From positions 2,944,001-3,008,000 of the forward strand of contig CM000152.2 in the NCBI GenBank assembly GCA_000004695.1: DNA of 64,000 bases. The letters run 5' to 3'. Position numbers and translations under genes: made by a program. This DNA is from Dictyostelium discoideum. Taxonomy: Eukaryota. Under the pieces are notes generated by a model, which saw only the letters and a list, made by a program, of their open reading frames with translations, did not search any database and was not told the origin of the DNA. Within the stretch, counting starts at the first letter, position 1, and the number at the start of each line of letters is the position of its first letter. Positions 36,313 through 52,499 of this stretch are shown here, piece after piece.

Positions 36313-39277
36313 TAAGAATTTTTTATTTAAAACATCAACAAATATAAATAATAATAATAATAATGAAAAAATTAAATTAAAAGAAAATAATTTAAATTTA
36401 AAAAATTTAACAATAATGAATAAGATTATAACGAATAGTAGTATAGAATCAAGTTCAATTTATAATAGTAGTTTAAGTGATTTTAGTAAGGTAAAGAATT
36501 GTACACTTTTCAATACGGAATTGGTTAATACTATTATTGAAAATAGTGTATTAGATAATTGTATCATTAGAAAATGTATCATTAGGAACAGTGTTTTAAT
36601 CAATCGATCAATGATAACCAATGACACGTTCATTAGTAATAGCACCATTATTGGTGATAGTAAATTTAATAGTAGAGTTAATAACGCCACCATTACCAAT
36701 CATTCAATAATATTGAATACTAAAATCAGTAGAACTATCATTAATGAAAAGTCAACTTTAAAATCTTGTAAAATTATATTTAGTAATTTAAAAAATAGTA
36801 TCTTTCAAAATTCAGTGGTTTTCAATAGTTTAAATGCAAATTGCACTTTTGATAATACAACTGTAATTTTCGATAATTTCAATGGTGGTTCAAATGATGG
36901 ACAGTTTGGTAATACAAACGATACTGATCACAACAACGATTATAATGAAGAAGAGGAAGATAATTACCTTTTTGATGACTATACTGATTGTTTCTCATCT
37001 GTTGTTTCAAATTATTTCAATAGAGATATAATGCATAATATTGAACAAGTTAAACATAATTTTATAATTGATAATAATAATAATAATGATGATGATAATA
37101 ATACTGATCCATTATTTCCACCATCAGATTCAACAAAAACAAGAAATTCAAATTCTACAACAACGACAACATCAACAACTTCAGCATCAGAACCAACACC
37201 ACCTCCACCTCCACCAATTCCCCCAACATCAACATCAACATCAACATCATCAACATCATCAACATCAACATCATCAACATTATCAACATCAACATCATCA
37301 ACATTATCAACATCAACATCTACATTAACATCATCAGAAACTAATGATTCAAATCAAGGTCCAGGACCATCAACACCACCACCAAAATTACAATGGAAAA
37401 AATTAAAAATTAAAGTTGATTATAGTTATTTAACAAAAGGATTTGAAAAATCTTGTAAAGTTCAAGGTCAAAAGATTATTATTGGTAAAGTTGATCAAAG
37501 TATACCAATTGAAAAACAGAGAAATTGTTCAAGTGATATTAAATTAAATTGTAATTATTATTGTGGTAAAAGTGATATATTGACAGATGACCTCATTGAT
37601 TTCATAAAATATTCAGTTGTAACAGATATGGTTTCAATTTTTCAATCACTTTTATCAGTTCAATCTGGTCCAAAATTAGAGATTGATAGATTCATTTGGG
37701 GTACAACTGGTGGACAATGTACAGAGGGTATTAAAATCTCAAGAGAATATGTTGATAAGGGTATAGATGATTATAATTTCCTTTTGTATATAACAGCAAT
37801 ACCAATACCATTAAGAAGTGCATTTGCCTATGGGTTGCCTTGTAATTTCAATTTAAAAAATCCATCTAAAAACATTCGTGGTAGACCATTGGTTGGTACG
37901 ATTAATTTTCAACCAAAATCATTTCAAAGATTAATGAAATGCTCAAAAGATGTAAACGATCATGACTCTAGAAAACAATATAATACAGCTATAAAAATTG
38001 CAATGCATGAGATGGTGCATGTACTTGGTTTCTCTCCATTCTATTTCAATAGTTATATAGATCAAAATGGTAGAGCTCATGCAAGTGTAAACGTTACTAA
38101 AAGTATCGTTGGTGTTAATCCATCGAAAACCTCTGTCAAAAATGTGGTTGCCGTATTAATTACACCTCAATTAAACTATGTAGTTAATAAATATTACGGT
38201 TGTTCAAATAATGATACAGGTATTGAGTTGGAGAGTCATTTAAATCAAAACTTCCCACCCAATATGTTGGATGCTCATTTCTCATCTCGTATTGCCTATG
38301 GTGAATTAATGACTTCTGCTCGTAATCCTACAATGTCACTCTCTGTTTTAACTTTGGCATTACTTCAAGATATGGGTTGGTATCGTGTTGATACTTCAAT
38401 TCCACAAGAATACTTTTGGGGTAAAAATCAAGGTTGTCAATTTCTAACAGGTAGATGTGAACAACGTAATCAAAACTATGGTCATCATTGTGATACTAAA
38501 CCATTGGGTTGTTCAGTGGATCGTAGATCAATAAACAATTGTAGTTACAAAGATGTTGGTACCGTATTGGATCCTTACTATCAACATTTTTCAAATGCTA
38601 GATTCGGTGGTGATCCTGAAATGGAATATTGTACTGCCTATACTTCTTCCATGTCCATCGAATGTGCTACTGTTCTATCAAATGAAAGTAATTCAAGATG
38701 TTTTGATTTCAAATATTCAAATTCAAATAACCATTCTTTCCCTCAATGTATACCTCAACGTTGTTATCAAAATATTTTACAAATATTTTATAATAATACT
38801 TATTTCAATTGTCCATTTGATGGTGGTTCTTTAAATCTTGGTAATAATTTAACTGTTTTTTGTCCAGAATATAATTTCTTTTGTTCAAATTTACTTTTAC
38901 CTTCAATGTTAGTAAGTTTTTTTTAATTTATTTATTATTTATTATTTAATTAAATTTTAACATATTAACTTTTTTTTTTTATTTTTTATTTTTTTTTTCA
39001 ATAGCAACAAGGAAGTGATTCTGGATCAACAAATTTCCAAGATTTTGATCCACCATTTTATAAAAGACATGCATTTTGGATACCACTATCTTTAGCAATT
39101 ACTTTAACACTTGGTTTGATATTTTTAGTTGTTTTCTATAGGAAAAAGTATCCACCAATTACAAAAACATTGAAAATGAAATCTCCAATTTCTGAATTCA
39201 ACAATATAAATTCAAATGATAAAAGTTCTTTAAGGATGAAAAAGTTTAGTAAAGTAATAGAAGATGAAACTGTTTAA
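35381..39277 (+). CDS. Leishmanolysin-like (GP63, peptidase M8) zinc metalloprotease with a signal peptide and a C-terminal transmembrane exon. Exons: 35381..38911 and 39005..39277.
   Basis: The N-terminal signal peptide is MSGKHLFLIYFIIFSFLFINIYC. Long N-, S- and P-rich linkers follow. The catalytic HEMVHVLGF (HExxH) sits in an M8-like context (NTAIKIAMHEMVHVLGFSPFYF...GCSNNDTGIELE...SHL). The ORF ends reading into ATG TTA|GTAAGT. After TTTTCAATAG| at 39004 the frame continues as QQGSDSGSTNFQDFDPPFYKRHAFWIPLSLAITLTLGLIFLVVFYRKKYPP...EDETV*, which is a TM helix plus a short tail. Confidence 0.8.
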
Positions 39278-39396
39278 TTTGATAAAAAATAAAAAAAAGA
39301 AAAAAAAAAAAAAAAAAAATATCTTTTTTTTTTTTTCCTTTTTTTACCAAAAATAAAAATATCTTTTTTTAATTTTTTTTATTTAAATAAATATTT

Positions 39397-40706
39397 TTAT
39401 TTTGTTAAAATTTCATAACCATCTTTTGTTACTAAAATTGTATGTTCAAATTGAGCAGACCAACCACCTTCTCTTGAGGAAACTGTCCATTTATCATCCC
39501 ACATTTTCCATTCTGCATATGGAGATGTTGATTCAACTAAAACTGGTTCAATAGTAAAAATCATACCTTCTTTCATAACTGAATCAAATTCATTTGCACA
39601 TTGGAATACAAAAGGTGCTGTATGGAAAAGTTGACCTATACCATGTCCTGTAAATTCTGGTGTTACACTTAATGAATATTTATTTGCAACTAATCTATTT
39701 TTTTTTTTAAAAAAAAAAAAAAAATTAATTAATAATTTAAAGTTTGGAAAAATTATAGGTAAAAATATTAATTATTTTAAAATACTTACTGAATCTTTTT
39801 ACCAATTTTATTAAATAAAGCACCATCTTTAACTTCACCAATTGCAGCATATAATGCTTTTTCTGTAGCTTCAATTAAACGTTTTGAAGAAGAATCAATT
39901 TCACCTACTGGAAAAGTTGCACAAGTATCACCATGATAACCATTATAATAGAGGGTTACATCAATTTTTACAATATCACCAAATTCCAAAGGTCTATCAT
40001 CAGGAATACCATGACATAATACTTCATTTATTGAAGTGCAAATTGATTTTGGAAAACCTTTATATCCTAATGGTGATGGATAGGCACCACGGTCTATAAT
40101 ATTTTGATGAACTAATTTATCGATTTCATCAGTTGTAATACCTGGTCTGACTAATGTACCAGCATATTCTAAAACTTCTTTTGCCATTTTACCAACTACT
40201 CTCATATGTTCAATACTTTCTGCTGTATGAATTTCAATTGGATCATCTATTTCAAAATCTATAACTGGTTCACCTAAAACATATTTTGGTTTTTTAATAT
40301 GTGCTGGAATTAATGGTTGAGGTGAAACTATTCCGCCTCTAATTAAATTATCTGGATTTCTATAAAGTTTGGTTGTCATTTTTCTTCTTTCTTTTCTATT
40401 CATTCCTTCCAATGGTGATGCTGTTTTCTTTGTTAATCTTTGTGATCTTACAAAATCTCTAATCTCTTCTGTTTCATTTTCTAAAATCTTTTCTTTTAAT
40501 TTTTTTGGTGATAAATCATCTTCAAATGAAGAATAATATCTTTGTTGTTGTTTTTGTTGTACATTATATGATTTTATTATATTATTATTATTATTTAAAT
40601 AAGATGATGAGGATGAGGATGATGATGAAATTCCACCATTAAATGATGTTTTAAAAACATTATTGATTGATGATTTATTAATAATATTCTTTAAAATTTT
40701 ATTCAT
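39397..40706 (-). CDS. Methionine aminopeptidase type 1 (MetAP1, MAP1D-like, with an N-terminal extension). Exons: 39790..40706 and 39397..39694.
   Basis: Exon 1 contains ...HGIPDDRPLEFGDIVKIDVTLYYNGYHGDTCATFPVGE... and ends ATT CA|GTAAGT. Exon 2 (after AAAATAG|) is (Q)LVANKYSLSVTPEFTGHGIGQLFHTAPFVFQCANEFDSVMKEGMIFTIEPVLVE...WTVSSREGGWSAQFEHTILVTKDGYEILTK*. These are canonical MetAP1 motifs in order. The intron is 95 bp, phase 2. Confidence 0.85.
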
Positions 40707-40894
40707 TTTCCTTGTTTCTTTTTTGTAAATTAAAATGAAAAATAAAAAAAAATCTCAAAAAAAAAAAAAAGTTTGTCGTCGTTTTTTAAAATTATTTTTT
40801 TTTATTTTTATTTTTTTTTTTTTTTATTTTTTATTTTTTATTTTTTTAATTTCATTTTCATAAGTATAATCTTTTTCAATCTTTTTCTATCAAA

Positions 40895-41097
40895 ATGGCA
40901 AAGAAATCATTATTAGTATCAACATTAATACCTATGGTTGGTGTTACATTAGTATCATTTGGGGTTTTACATCATTTTATGCAACATAAATTTGAAAGAT
41001 GGGATCATGAATCTTTGGGCGACCCAAATAAAAAACCAACTACTTTAGAAGAAGAATATGAGGTAAGAAAAATATTATAATATTATATAAATAATAG

Positions 41098-41132
<35 letters not shown>

Positions 41133-41253
41133 TTGATTTTCTATTATCTTCTAATAAATATTATTATTTAATTTTCAGAAAATGTCAAAAAAAATTGATT
41201 TCTCAAATTATGAAAATAAAACTGTTCCTGGAAGAGATGATTATAAAAATTAA
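40895..41253 (+). CDS. Cytochrome c oxidase assembly protein COX16-like small membrane protein. Exons: 40895..41062 and 41179..41253.
   Basis: Exon 1 is MAKKSLLVSTLIPMVGVTLVSFGVLHHFMQHKFERWDHESLGDPNKKPTTLEEEYE|GTAAGA. Exon 2 (after TTTTCAG|) is KMSKKIDFSNYENKTVPGRDDYKN*. The pattern resembles COX16: a single TM (GVP.LLL.VGGSFGL.EF), then LESEYEKIK, then NIRGPRPWED. The identification is from memory of that family only. Confidence 0.55.
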
Positions 41254-41421
41254 AAATAAATTGTATAAATACAATATATATACATATAAAAAAAAAAAAA
41301 AAATAAGATAATAAAATTGTAAATAGAATTAAAAAAAAAAAAAAAACATGGAAAAAAAAAAAAACATGGAAAAAAAAAAAAGATTCTTATTCAAAAAAAA
41401 AAAGATTTGATATTTATTTTT

Positions 41422-41457
<36 letters not shown>

Positions 41458-41577
41458 CAAGTTTAGTGATATTAAATAAATAATGATTACCATAACAAAA
41501 ACACGCAAATACTGAAAGAAATAAATAGTTTTTGGTTTGTTTTTTTGGATTTTCTTTTTTTCCATTTCCTTTTTTCC

Positions 41578-41706
41578 TTATTTTGATGATACCAACATTA
41601 ATATTTTTTCAACAGCTTTTTGAATTGATGGGTGTGGCGAAGATTTAAGGTATTGAAGTGGTTCAATAATATTTGATGATTTTAAATATGGAATATGAAT
41701 TGCTAT

Positions 41707-41749
<43 letters not shown>

Positions 41750-44700
41750 CTGTTAATATTATTATTATTATTAAAAAAATTAAATAAACATACGATTTAC
41801 AGATAAAACCAAAATGATTTTTAAAGCAGTCATTTGTGGTGCCATTGAAGTTGAATTTGGATCTAAATAAGATAATAATAAATCTACAATATTTGAAGCA
41901 GTTAAGATGAATTGACTATCTTTATTTGAGACTAAACAAGCGATTGCTTCTAAACCCAACATTCTTAATGCTTCGAATTGAGTATCACCCAATAGGGAGA
42001 GATATTTCTTTACAACTCTTTCACGATAATGACCGAGATTAATTTGATCTTGAACGGATTTCAAAGAGATAACTCTTGCAAGTGCAGAAGCGACACGTAA
42101 ATCGAAACCACTATTAATTGAATGTACCATCATATCCAACAATTGATTTACGCCACCCAATTTGACAAATTCAACCTGTACAGAATTTGACTCTAAAAGT
42201 AATGTTAAACACCAAAGAATTTGCAATCTAATCAATTCATTCTGATGAGATAATAGATTGATTAATAGTGGAATACCACCTTTGATGAGGATTTGCTCTC
42301 TATTCTCTTCACGGTCAGCACCATTTGATAATTGTGATAGTAGACGTAGGGTAATGAAGAGGATATTCTCTTTTTGTGAATTCAAAGTCTCCATTAAGAT
42401 ATTGATACCCAATAAATTTCTAAACAAATTCATAATCTCTTCATTGTGTTCAATTAATGTTGAAAATTGTTTTAAACATGATAATTGAATCTCATCATAG
42501 GGCTGATCCATCAATTGGAAGATTAAAGGTACGAAATCTGCCTCCAATAGATATTCAATATTTTCAACATTTTTACAAAGTTGATCAATGGTTTGACTTG
42601 CTCTATGTAAATTCAATAAAGTTGGTTGACTAATTAAATCCTTTACAACATTTGCAATCTTTTCAATTTTTACTCTCTTTTCTGGATCCAATGATTCATT
42701 AAATCTTTTATTTGGATTTAAAAGATTATTCATTTCATTCTTTATTTTTTCTTCAACTTGTTCTTGTGAAACTAATGAATCTTGAGTAGAAGTTGATGAA
42801 GTTGATGATGTTAATTGTTGTTCTGGTTGTTGTTGTTGTTGATCTTGTTGTTGTTGTTGTTGTTGTTGTTGTGTTGGTTTATTAAATCTTTGAATTGTAT
42901 GTAATGGTTGTCTTAAAATTTTTAAAATTGTTGTAAAAGTTGGTCTAACGGATGGATCAGTTGATAAACAAAGTTTAATTAATTTTTCAATTGTGAATGG
43001 ACAATTTGGTAAAGGTGGTCTAAGATAATGAGTATAACCATTGACAGTGTTACTCTTTAGATCGGATAATTTAATATCACGAGCGAACATCTCCCAAAGT
43101 AAAACACCAAAACTGAAAACATCAACCTTTGTATCGTAACCACCCTTTGAACCTGACAAAACATTGAATAGCTCTGGTGCAAGGTATTGGGTGTGTAATA
43201 ATTGATTCTTTAATTGAAAAGACATAAACTTCTTTTTCAAAGTTTCATCCTTCAATGAAGTGAAACCATAATCTTTGATATAGATCTTCAAATCTGAATT
43301 CAATAGAATATTCTTTGGATGCAATGATCTATGAACGATATTAAAAGAGTGAAGGAATGACATGGCCGAAGCAATCTCTTCCGATAGTCTAAGAATTAAT
43401 TGAAGTTCATTCTTCTCATCTAAATTCTTTATGACGATATCTAAATTGCTACCAGTGATATACTCTGTAAAGGTGGTGAATGTTTGATTGTCAAATGATG
43501 CTCCTGCCAATGCTAAAATATTTGGATGTTTAATTGCTACCAATTGCTCAATCTCATTGAATAACATTGGTGTCGCTTGTGATGTTATGAAATTCCATTG
43601 TTTCATCACTATTCTCTTATCCTTATGAATACCTGCTCTTTGTGTTGTACCATTATTACCTGATCCAATAATATCTGATGGTTGTGCTTTAATATACCAT
43701 GATTTATCTGATTGTTGTTGTTCAATTTGATTCTGTTCATCAATTAATTCTTTATTATTATTATTACCATTGCTATTATTATCATTATTTTTATTTGTAA
43801 TATCATCATCTAAATCATTATTACCTAAAATCTTTTGAATAACTTGTTCATCAGGTGTTAATTGTACTTTTACTTTTGATTGTAATGATTGTTCTTCAAC
43901 TGATAATGGATAGAATTGTTGTGATGTATAAACAACTTTTGGAGCTGATGGGTCAAGATTACTTGAAGATGTTAATAGATTTGAATTACTCTCTTTAAAA
44001 TGTGAAATCATATCATCTAATAATTGATCTGAATCTTTGAATGTTGGTGATACAGGTGTTGATACTGTTGTTGTTGGTGGTTGTGGTTGTGATGTTGGTG
44101 TTGGTTGTGGTGCTGCTGGTTGTGGTGCTGCTGATTGTGATGGTGATGGTGATGATAATGTTGGTATTGGTGTTGGTGCTTTTGGTGATGATACTTGAAT
44201 ATCAACTGGTGCACCAAGTTTTGCTGCTGGTCTAGTTGTTAATGTACCATTTGGTGATTTACTAGCATTTAATTTATTAACTGTTGCTGCTGTAGTTGTA
44301 TTAGTAGAGGTAGTGGTTGATGGTGTTACAATTGGTGTTGGTATTGATGTAGTTTTAATCTCTTTTGGTAAACTATTATTACCATTTGGTTCTGGTATAC
44401 CTCCAAATGATTCAATCATTTCATCTAATAAATCTGCTGCATCAATTGCTTCTTTAGTTAAAATAATTGCTCTTTCTGATGAAACTCTCTTTAATATTGG
44501 ATTACCATTCTTTACACTATCTGTTAATATTTGTTCATCTGCTGTTGTTGTTGTTGGTGGTGGTGGTGGTAATTGTAATTCTTCAGTTGATGGTGGTGGT
44601 AATGGTAATTCCTCAGTTGTTGGTGGTGGAGGTAAAGAAATTGAAACAGGTGGTGGTAATTTTGCAATTATTACTACATCATCTTGTTGTGATGGTGGTG

Positions 44701-45509
44701 GTGGTAGTGGTAATGTTGAAGCATTATTATTACTAATTATATTTGATGGATTTGAAGGTGGTGATAAATTTTTAGATAAATATGAAGATGGTTTTCTTTT
44801 ATTTTGAATTGAACTATCTTTCATAAAAGTTTCTTCTAAATCTTTTAAAGTTGATTCTAAATCAAAGGTTGAGGTGAGTCTTAAAGATTTGATTCTAGAA
44901 TTATCAGTTTTAATTGAATTTCTAATTGACTCATCACTCATATCATTTAAGAGTGTATCTAAATAATCAAATCCTCCTTCATTTAAATTACTTGGATGTT
45001 GTGATAATCTTGATTTTCTTTTCTCTGTTGCTGATTGTTGGGCTGCTGTTGTGGTTGTTGTTGAACTATTTCCATTTCCATTTGGCATTTGCTCTTGAAA
45101 TGATATTTTTGTTGCAGAATTACCATTATTATTATTATTATTGTTGTTGTTGCTGTTGTTGTTGTTTAAATTTATTGTTGATTGACCATTTAATGCAGCC
45201 TCTGATTCTGCTAACATCTCATTTAATAAATCATCCAATTCTAATGTGAATTAAAATATAATTCATTTATTTAATTTTTATTATGAAAATAAAATTTTAA
45301 TTTGAAAAAAAAAAAAAAAAAAAAAAAAAAAATTATATAATAAAATAAAATAAAATAAGAAATAGGGAAAAGTAAAATAAAAAGTTTTAAAAAAAAAAAA
45401 AAAATTATTAGATTTTTATCCCATGATTAGGAAAATAAAATTTTAAAAAAAATAATAAAAAAAAAATGGAAAATAAAAAAAAAAAAAAAAAAAATTACTT
45501 ACCAGACAT
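41578..45509 (-). CDS. Protein-kinase-like protein, probably a pseudokinase, with C-terminal armadillo-type repeats. Exons: 45503..45509 (7 nt), 41794..45240 and 41578..41702.
   Basis: Exon 1 is ATG TCT G|GTAAGT. Exon 2 (after TTCACATTAG|) is (E)LDDLLNEMLAESEAALNG..., with PPP-rich linkers and then a kinase fold: VAIKHPNILALAGASF...IVHRSLHPKNILLNSDLKIYIKDYGFTSL...YLAPELF...DVFSFGVLLWEMF. HRS replaces HRD and DYG replaces DFG. ARM-like helical repeats follow (LHRASQTIDQLCKNVENIEYLLEADFVPLIFQLMDQ...). The track ORF ends reading into AAT C|GTATGT. After AATTATAG| the frame continues as (P)IHIPYLKSSNIIEPLQYLKSSPHPSIQKAVEKILMLVSSK*. The phases check. Confidence 0.65.
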
Positions 45510-45627
45510 GATTGAGAGTATTTAGTATATAAATAATATCTATTTATAAAGAGTTTGTTTTTCTTTTTTTTTTTTTGTTTTTTTTTTTGTTTTTCTATTT
45601 AATGTGGGGGTGTGTGAGATATTGATA

Positions 45628-45680
<53 letters not shown>

Positions 45681-45837
45681 GCCAAAATAAAAATTTAAAA
45701 ATAAAAAATGAAAAATAAAAAAAAAATTAAAAAAATTAAAAATAAAAAAATGAAAAATAAAATAAAGAAAAAAAAAAAAAAAAAAGGAAAAAGATAAAAT
45801 TCTAGGGATTTGACAGTGATCGTGCCGATTTCTTTTA

Positions 45838-46620
45838 TTTTTTTTAAAAATAAATTTTATTTTTTTATCTTTTTATTTTTTTTATCTTTTTATCTTTTTA
45901 TTATTATAAACATTTATTTATTTTTTTTTTATAAAGAAATTAATCAAATATTAATAAATTAAAAAATAAATATTGATTTTAAATAATAAAAATCTCAAAA
46001 TTAAAAAAATAAAAATTAAAAAAAAAAAAAATATATAAATATATATATAAATTAAATTAAAAAAATTATTATTTATTATTTATTATTTTATTTCCTAATC
46101 CCGTCCAAAAAAAAAGAAATCGATTTCTTTTTTTTTTTTTCAAAAAATACTATTACAAAAAAAAAAATGAAAAAAATTAAAAAAAAAAAAAAATTTTATT
46201 TTTATTATTTGGACCGATATTTAAAAAAAAATTCTTTCAACCATATATTTTTTGAAAGTTTTTGGGTGATAACGTCTTTGATTTTGTTCAATGGATATCC
46301 ACAATGGTGTAATTAATTTATTTAGAACAATGCCTATGACCAAGATATTTGTGGATCACCCCCAATCATCACAATTACGACCATGATCTTGACAATATTT
46401 TTTAAAAATGAATTTTATTTTTTTATTTTTTTTATAATTTATTTTAAAAAAAAAATAAAGAAATTAATCATAAAAGAATTAAAAAATTAATAAATAAATA
46501 TTGATTTTAAATAAATATATTACCCAATTTAAAAATTATTATTTATTATTTTTTATTTATTATTATTTCATTTCCCGTCCCGATCCAAAAAAAAATCGAT
46601 TATTTATGTTTTTAAACAAA
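45838..46620. repeat. Diverged direct repeat, two copies of about 220 to 300 bp (about 45838..46135 and about 46398..46620). They flank a less AT-rich 260 bp spacer.
   Basis: Shared blocks appear in the same order: TTTTTAAAAAT[A/G]AATTTTATTTTTTTAT, ATAAAGAAATTAATCA, AATAAATATTGATTTTAAATAA, ATTATTATTTATTATTT...TTTCC..CCCGTCC...AAAAAAAAATCGATT. Each copy is preceded by a GATCGTGCCGAT / GACCATGATCTTGAC-like motif. Confidence 0.6.
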
Positions 46621-47146
46621 AAAAAAATTTTTATTCTATTTTTTATTTTTTATTATTTGATCAATCTTTAAAAAAAAAAAAAAAATTCTTTAAACTATTA
46701 AATCAAATATTTGATTTATAAGTTTTTTTTTTTTTTTTTTTTTTCATTTTTGAAATAATTATTTTATTTTATTTTTTTTAGTAATAATGAACTAAAATAT
46801 TATTTTTTTAACGTTTAAATCAAAAAATTTGTATTTTTTTTATTATTTTTTTTTTTTTATTTTTTTTTATTTTATTTTTTTTTTATTTTTTTTTTTGAAA
46901 ATTTTTATTTTTTTATTTTTTTTTTTTTTTTTTTAATAACATCCACAAGTAACTGCAGTAACCTGATAATTATAAAAATAACAAAATTTAAAAAATAATA
47001 ATAAATAAAAAGTTACAAAAAAAAATATATTTAAAAGAGAGAAAAGACAATAGTTATTATTATCATTATTTGTAATTTTAAATATATATTTTTTTTTTTC
47101 TTTCAACTTCACATATTAAAAAATAAATAAAAAAATTAAAATTTTT

Positions 47147-47178
<32 letters not shown>

Positions 47179-47361
47179 GAAAAATTAAAATTAAAATAAA
47201 AATAAAAAAAAAAAATTATAACAATAACAGATAATAATAGTAACAATAGCAATAATAACAGATAGTAATAGTAATAATAATAACAGATAATAATAAATTA
47301 TAGATTATAATTAAAGATAAAAAAAAAAAAAAAAAAATAATAGATTATATAATATAATTTT

Positions 47362-51227
<3,866 letters not shown>

Positions 51228-51326
51228 AAAAAATTTAAAAAAAAAAGTAATAAAGATAAAAAAAAAAAAATTATAAATTGACTTTATTATTTAAATCTAA
51301 ATATAGCTTTCCAAAAATGTTTTTTT

Positions 51327-51371
<45 letters not shown>

Positions 51372-51454
51372 GTTGTTTGATTAATTTTCAAAAATAATAT
51401 TTTTAAAATATTTATATTTTTTTATTTTTATTTTTTATTTTTTTTTAAGTAAAA

Positions 51455-52437
51455 ATGTCAAAAAGAGATAACAGTTATAATAAAAGAAAGAGTGAAGATG
51501 GAGATAGTTATAAAAAGAGAGATAATCAATCATATGATGATATTCTAAAGGATGAGGGAAATAAAAGGTTAAGAGAACTTCAAACATATAGTGAAGGTGA
51601 TAAATCAAGACAACATTATAATAGAGACAGCAATGATAATAGTAGAGATAATAATAGATATAATAATAGAGATAATAATAATAATAACAATAGTAATAAT
51701 AATAGAGAGAGAGATAGATATAAAAAAAATAAAAATGAAAATTTTGATTATGGAAAATATAAATTTGGTAAATCAAATGAAGATGAAGAAAATAAAGATA
51801 AACCAAATATTGTAAGGGAAAAACCAGATTTTAAACCATCTGGTAGTTTAAAAAATGATAGTAGTAGTAATTATGGTACAATATCAAGTGGTAGAAATAA
51901 TAACAATGGAGAAGAAGATGAAGAAAATAAAATTAAATTAAAATGGCATGAACCTGCCGAAGCAAAATTACCAACTGAAAAATGGATGTTATATCCATTC
52001 AAAGGTAAAGATCAATTGGATACAATTTATTTACATAGAAAGAAATCTTTTCTTTTTGGTAGAAATAGAGATATAGCTGATATACCAATTGATCATCCAT
52101 CATGTTCTTCACAACATGCTGTAATTGTTTTTAGAATTAGAAAAAAAGAAAATCCAAATACTGGTTCAATTAAAACTTTTATTTTGTATGTATTATTTTG
52201 AAATAATATATATTTTTTTTTTTTTTTAATACTAATTATTTTAATTTTAGACCATATATAATAGATTTAGAGAGTACAAATGGAACATTTCTAAAGGGTG
52301 AAAAAATTGAACCTGCAAAATATTTTGAACTAAGACCAAAAGATAAAATTACATTTGGTACAAGCACAAGAGAATATATATTATTATGTGAAGATTCAAT
52401 TGAAGGAGATGAAAGTGAAGAAGAAGATAGTGATTAA
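51455..52437 (+). CDS. SNIP1-like nuclear FHA-domain protein. Exons: 51455..52185 and 52251..52437.
   Basis: Exon 1 ends ...KWMLYPFKGKDQLDTIYLHRKKSFLFGRNRDIADIPIDHPSCSSQHAVIVFRIRKK...IKTFI with TT|GTATGT. Exon 2 (after TTAATTTTAG|) is LPYIIDLESTNGTFLKGEKIEPAKYFELRPKDKITFGTSTREYILLCED...*. This matches the SNIP1 FHA (W.LY.FKG......I.....YL.GR.R.VADIP..HPSCSKQHAV.QFR...PYIIDLGSTNGTFLN...IEP.RYYEL.EKDVLKFGFSSREYVLL). Confidence 0.8.
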
Positions 52438-52499
52438 AACATTTTAAAATAAAATTTTTTTATTATGATTATTATTATTTATTTATTATTATTATTATT

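Noticed and set aside
44017-44807. Several plus and minus-strand G/V/L-rich and H/Q-rich ORFs inside the pseudokinase gene.
   Set aside because: They are out-of-frame or antisense readings of the P/T/Q-rich linker of the 1152-aa gene.
46255-46356. A 32-codon ATG ORF (MDIHNGVINLFRTMPMTKIFVDHPQSSQLRP) in the GC-richer island.
   Set aside because: It is too short. Its codon usage (CAC CCC, CGA) is atypical for this genome. It has no splice or poly-A context. It is kept only as part of the repeat and island finding.
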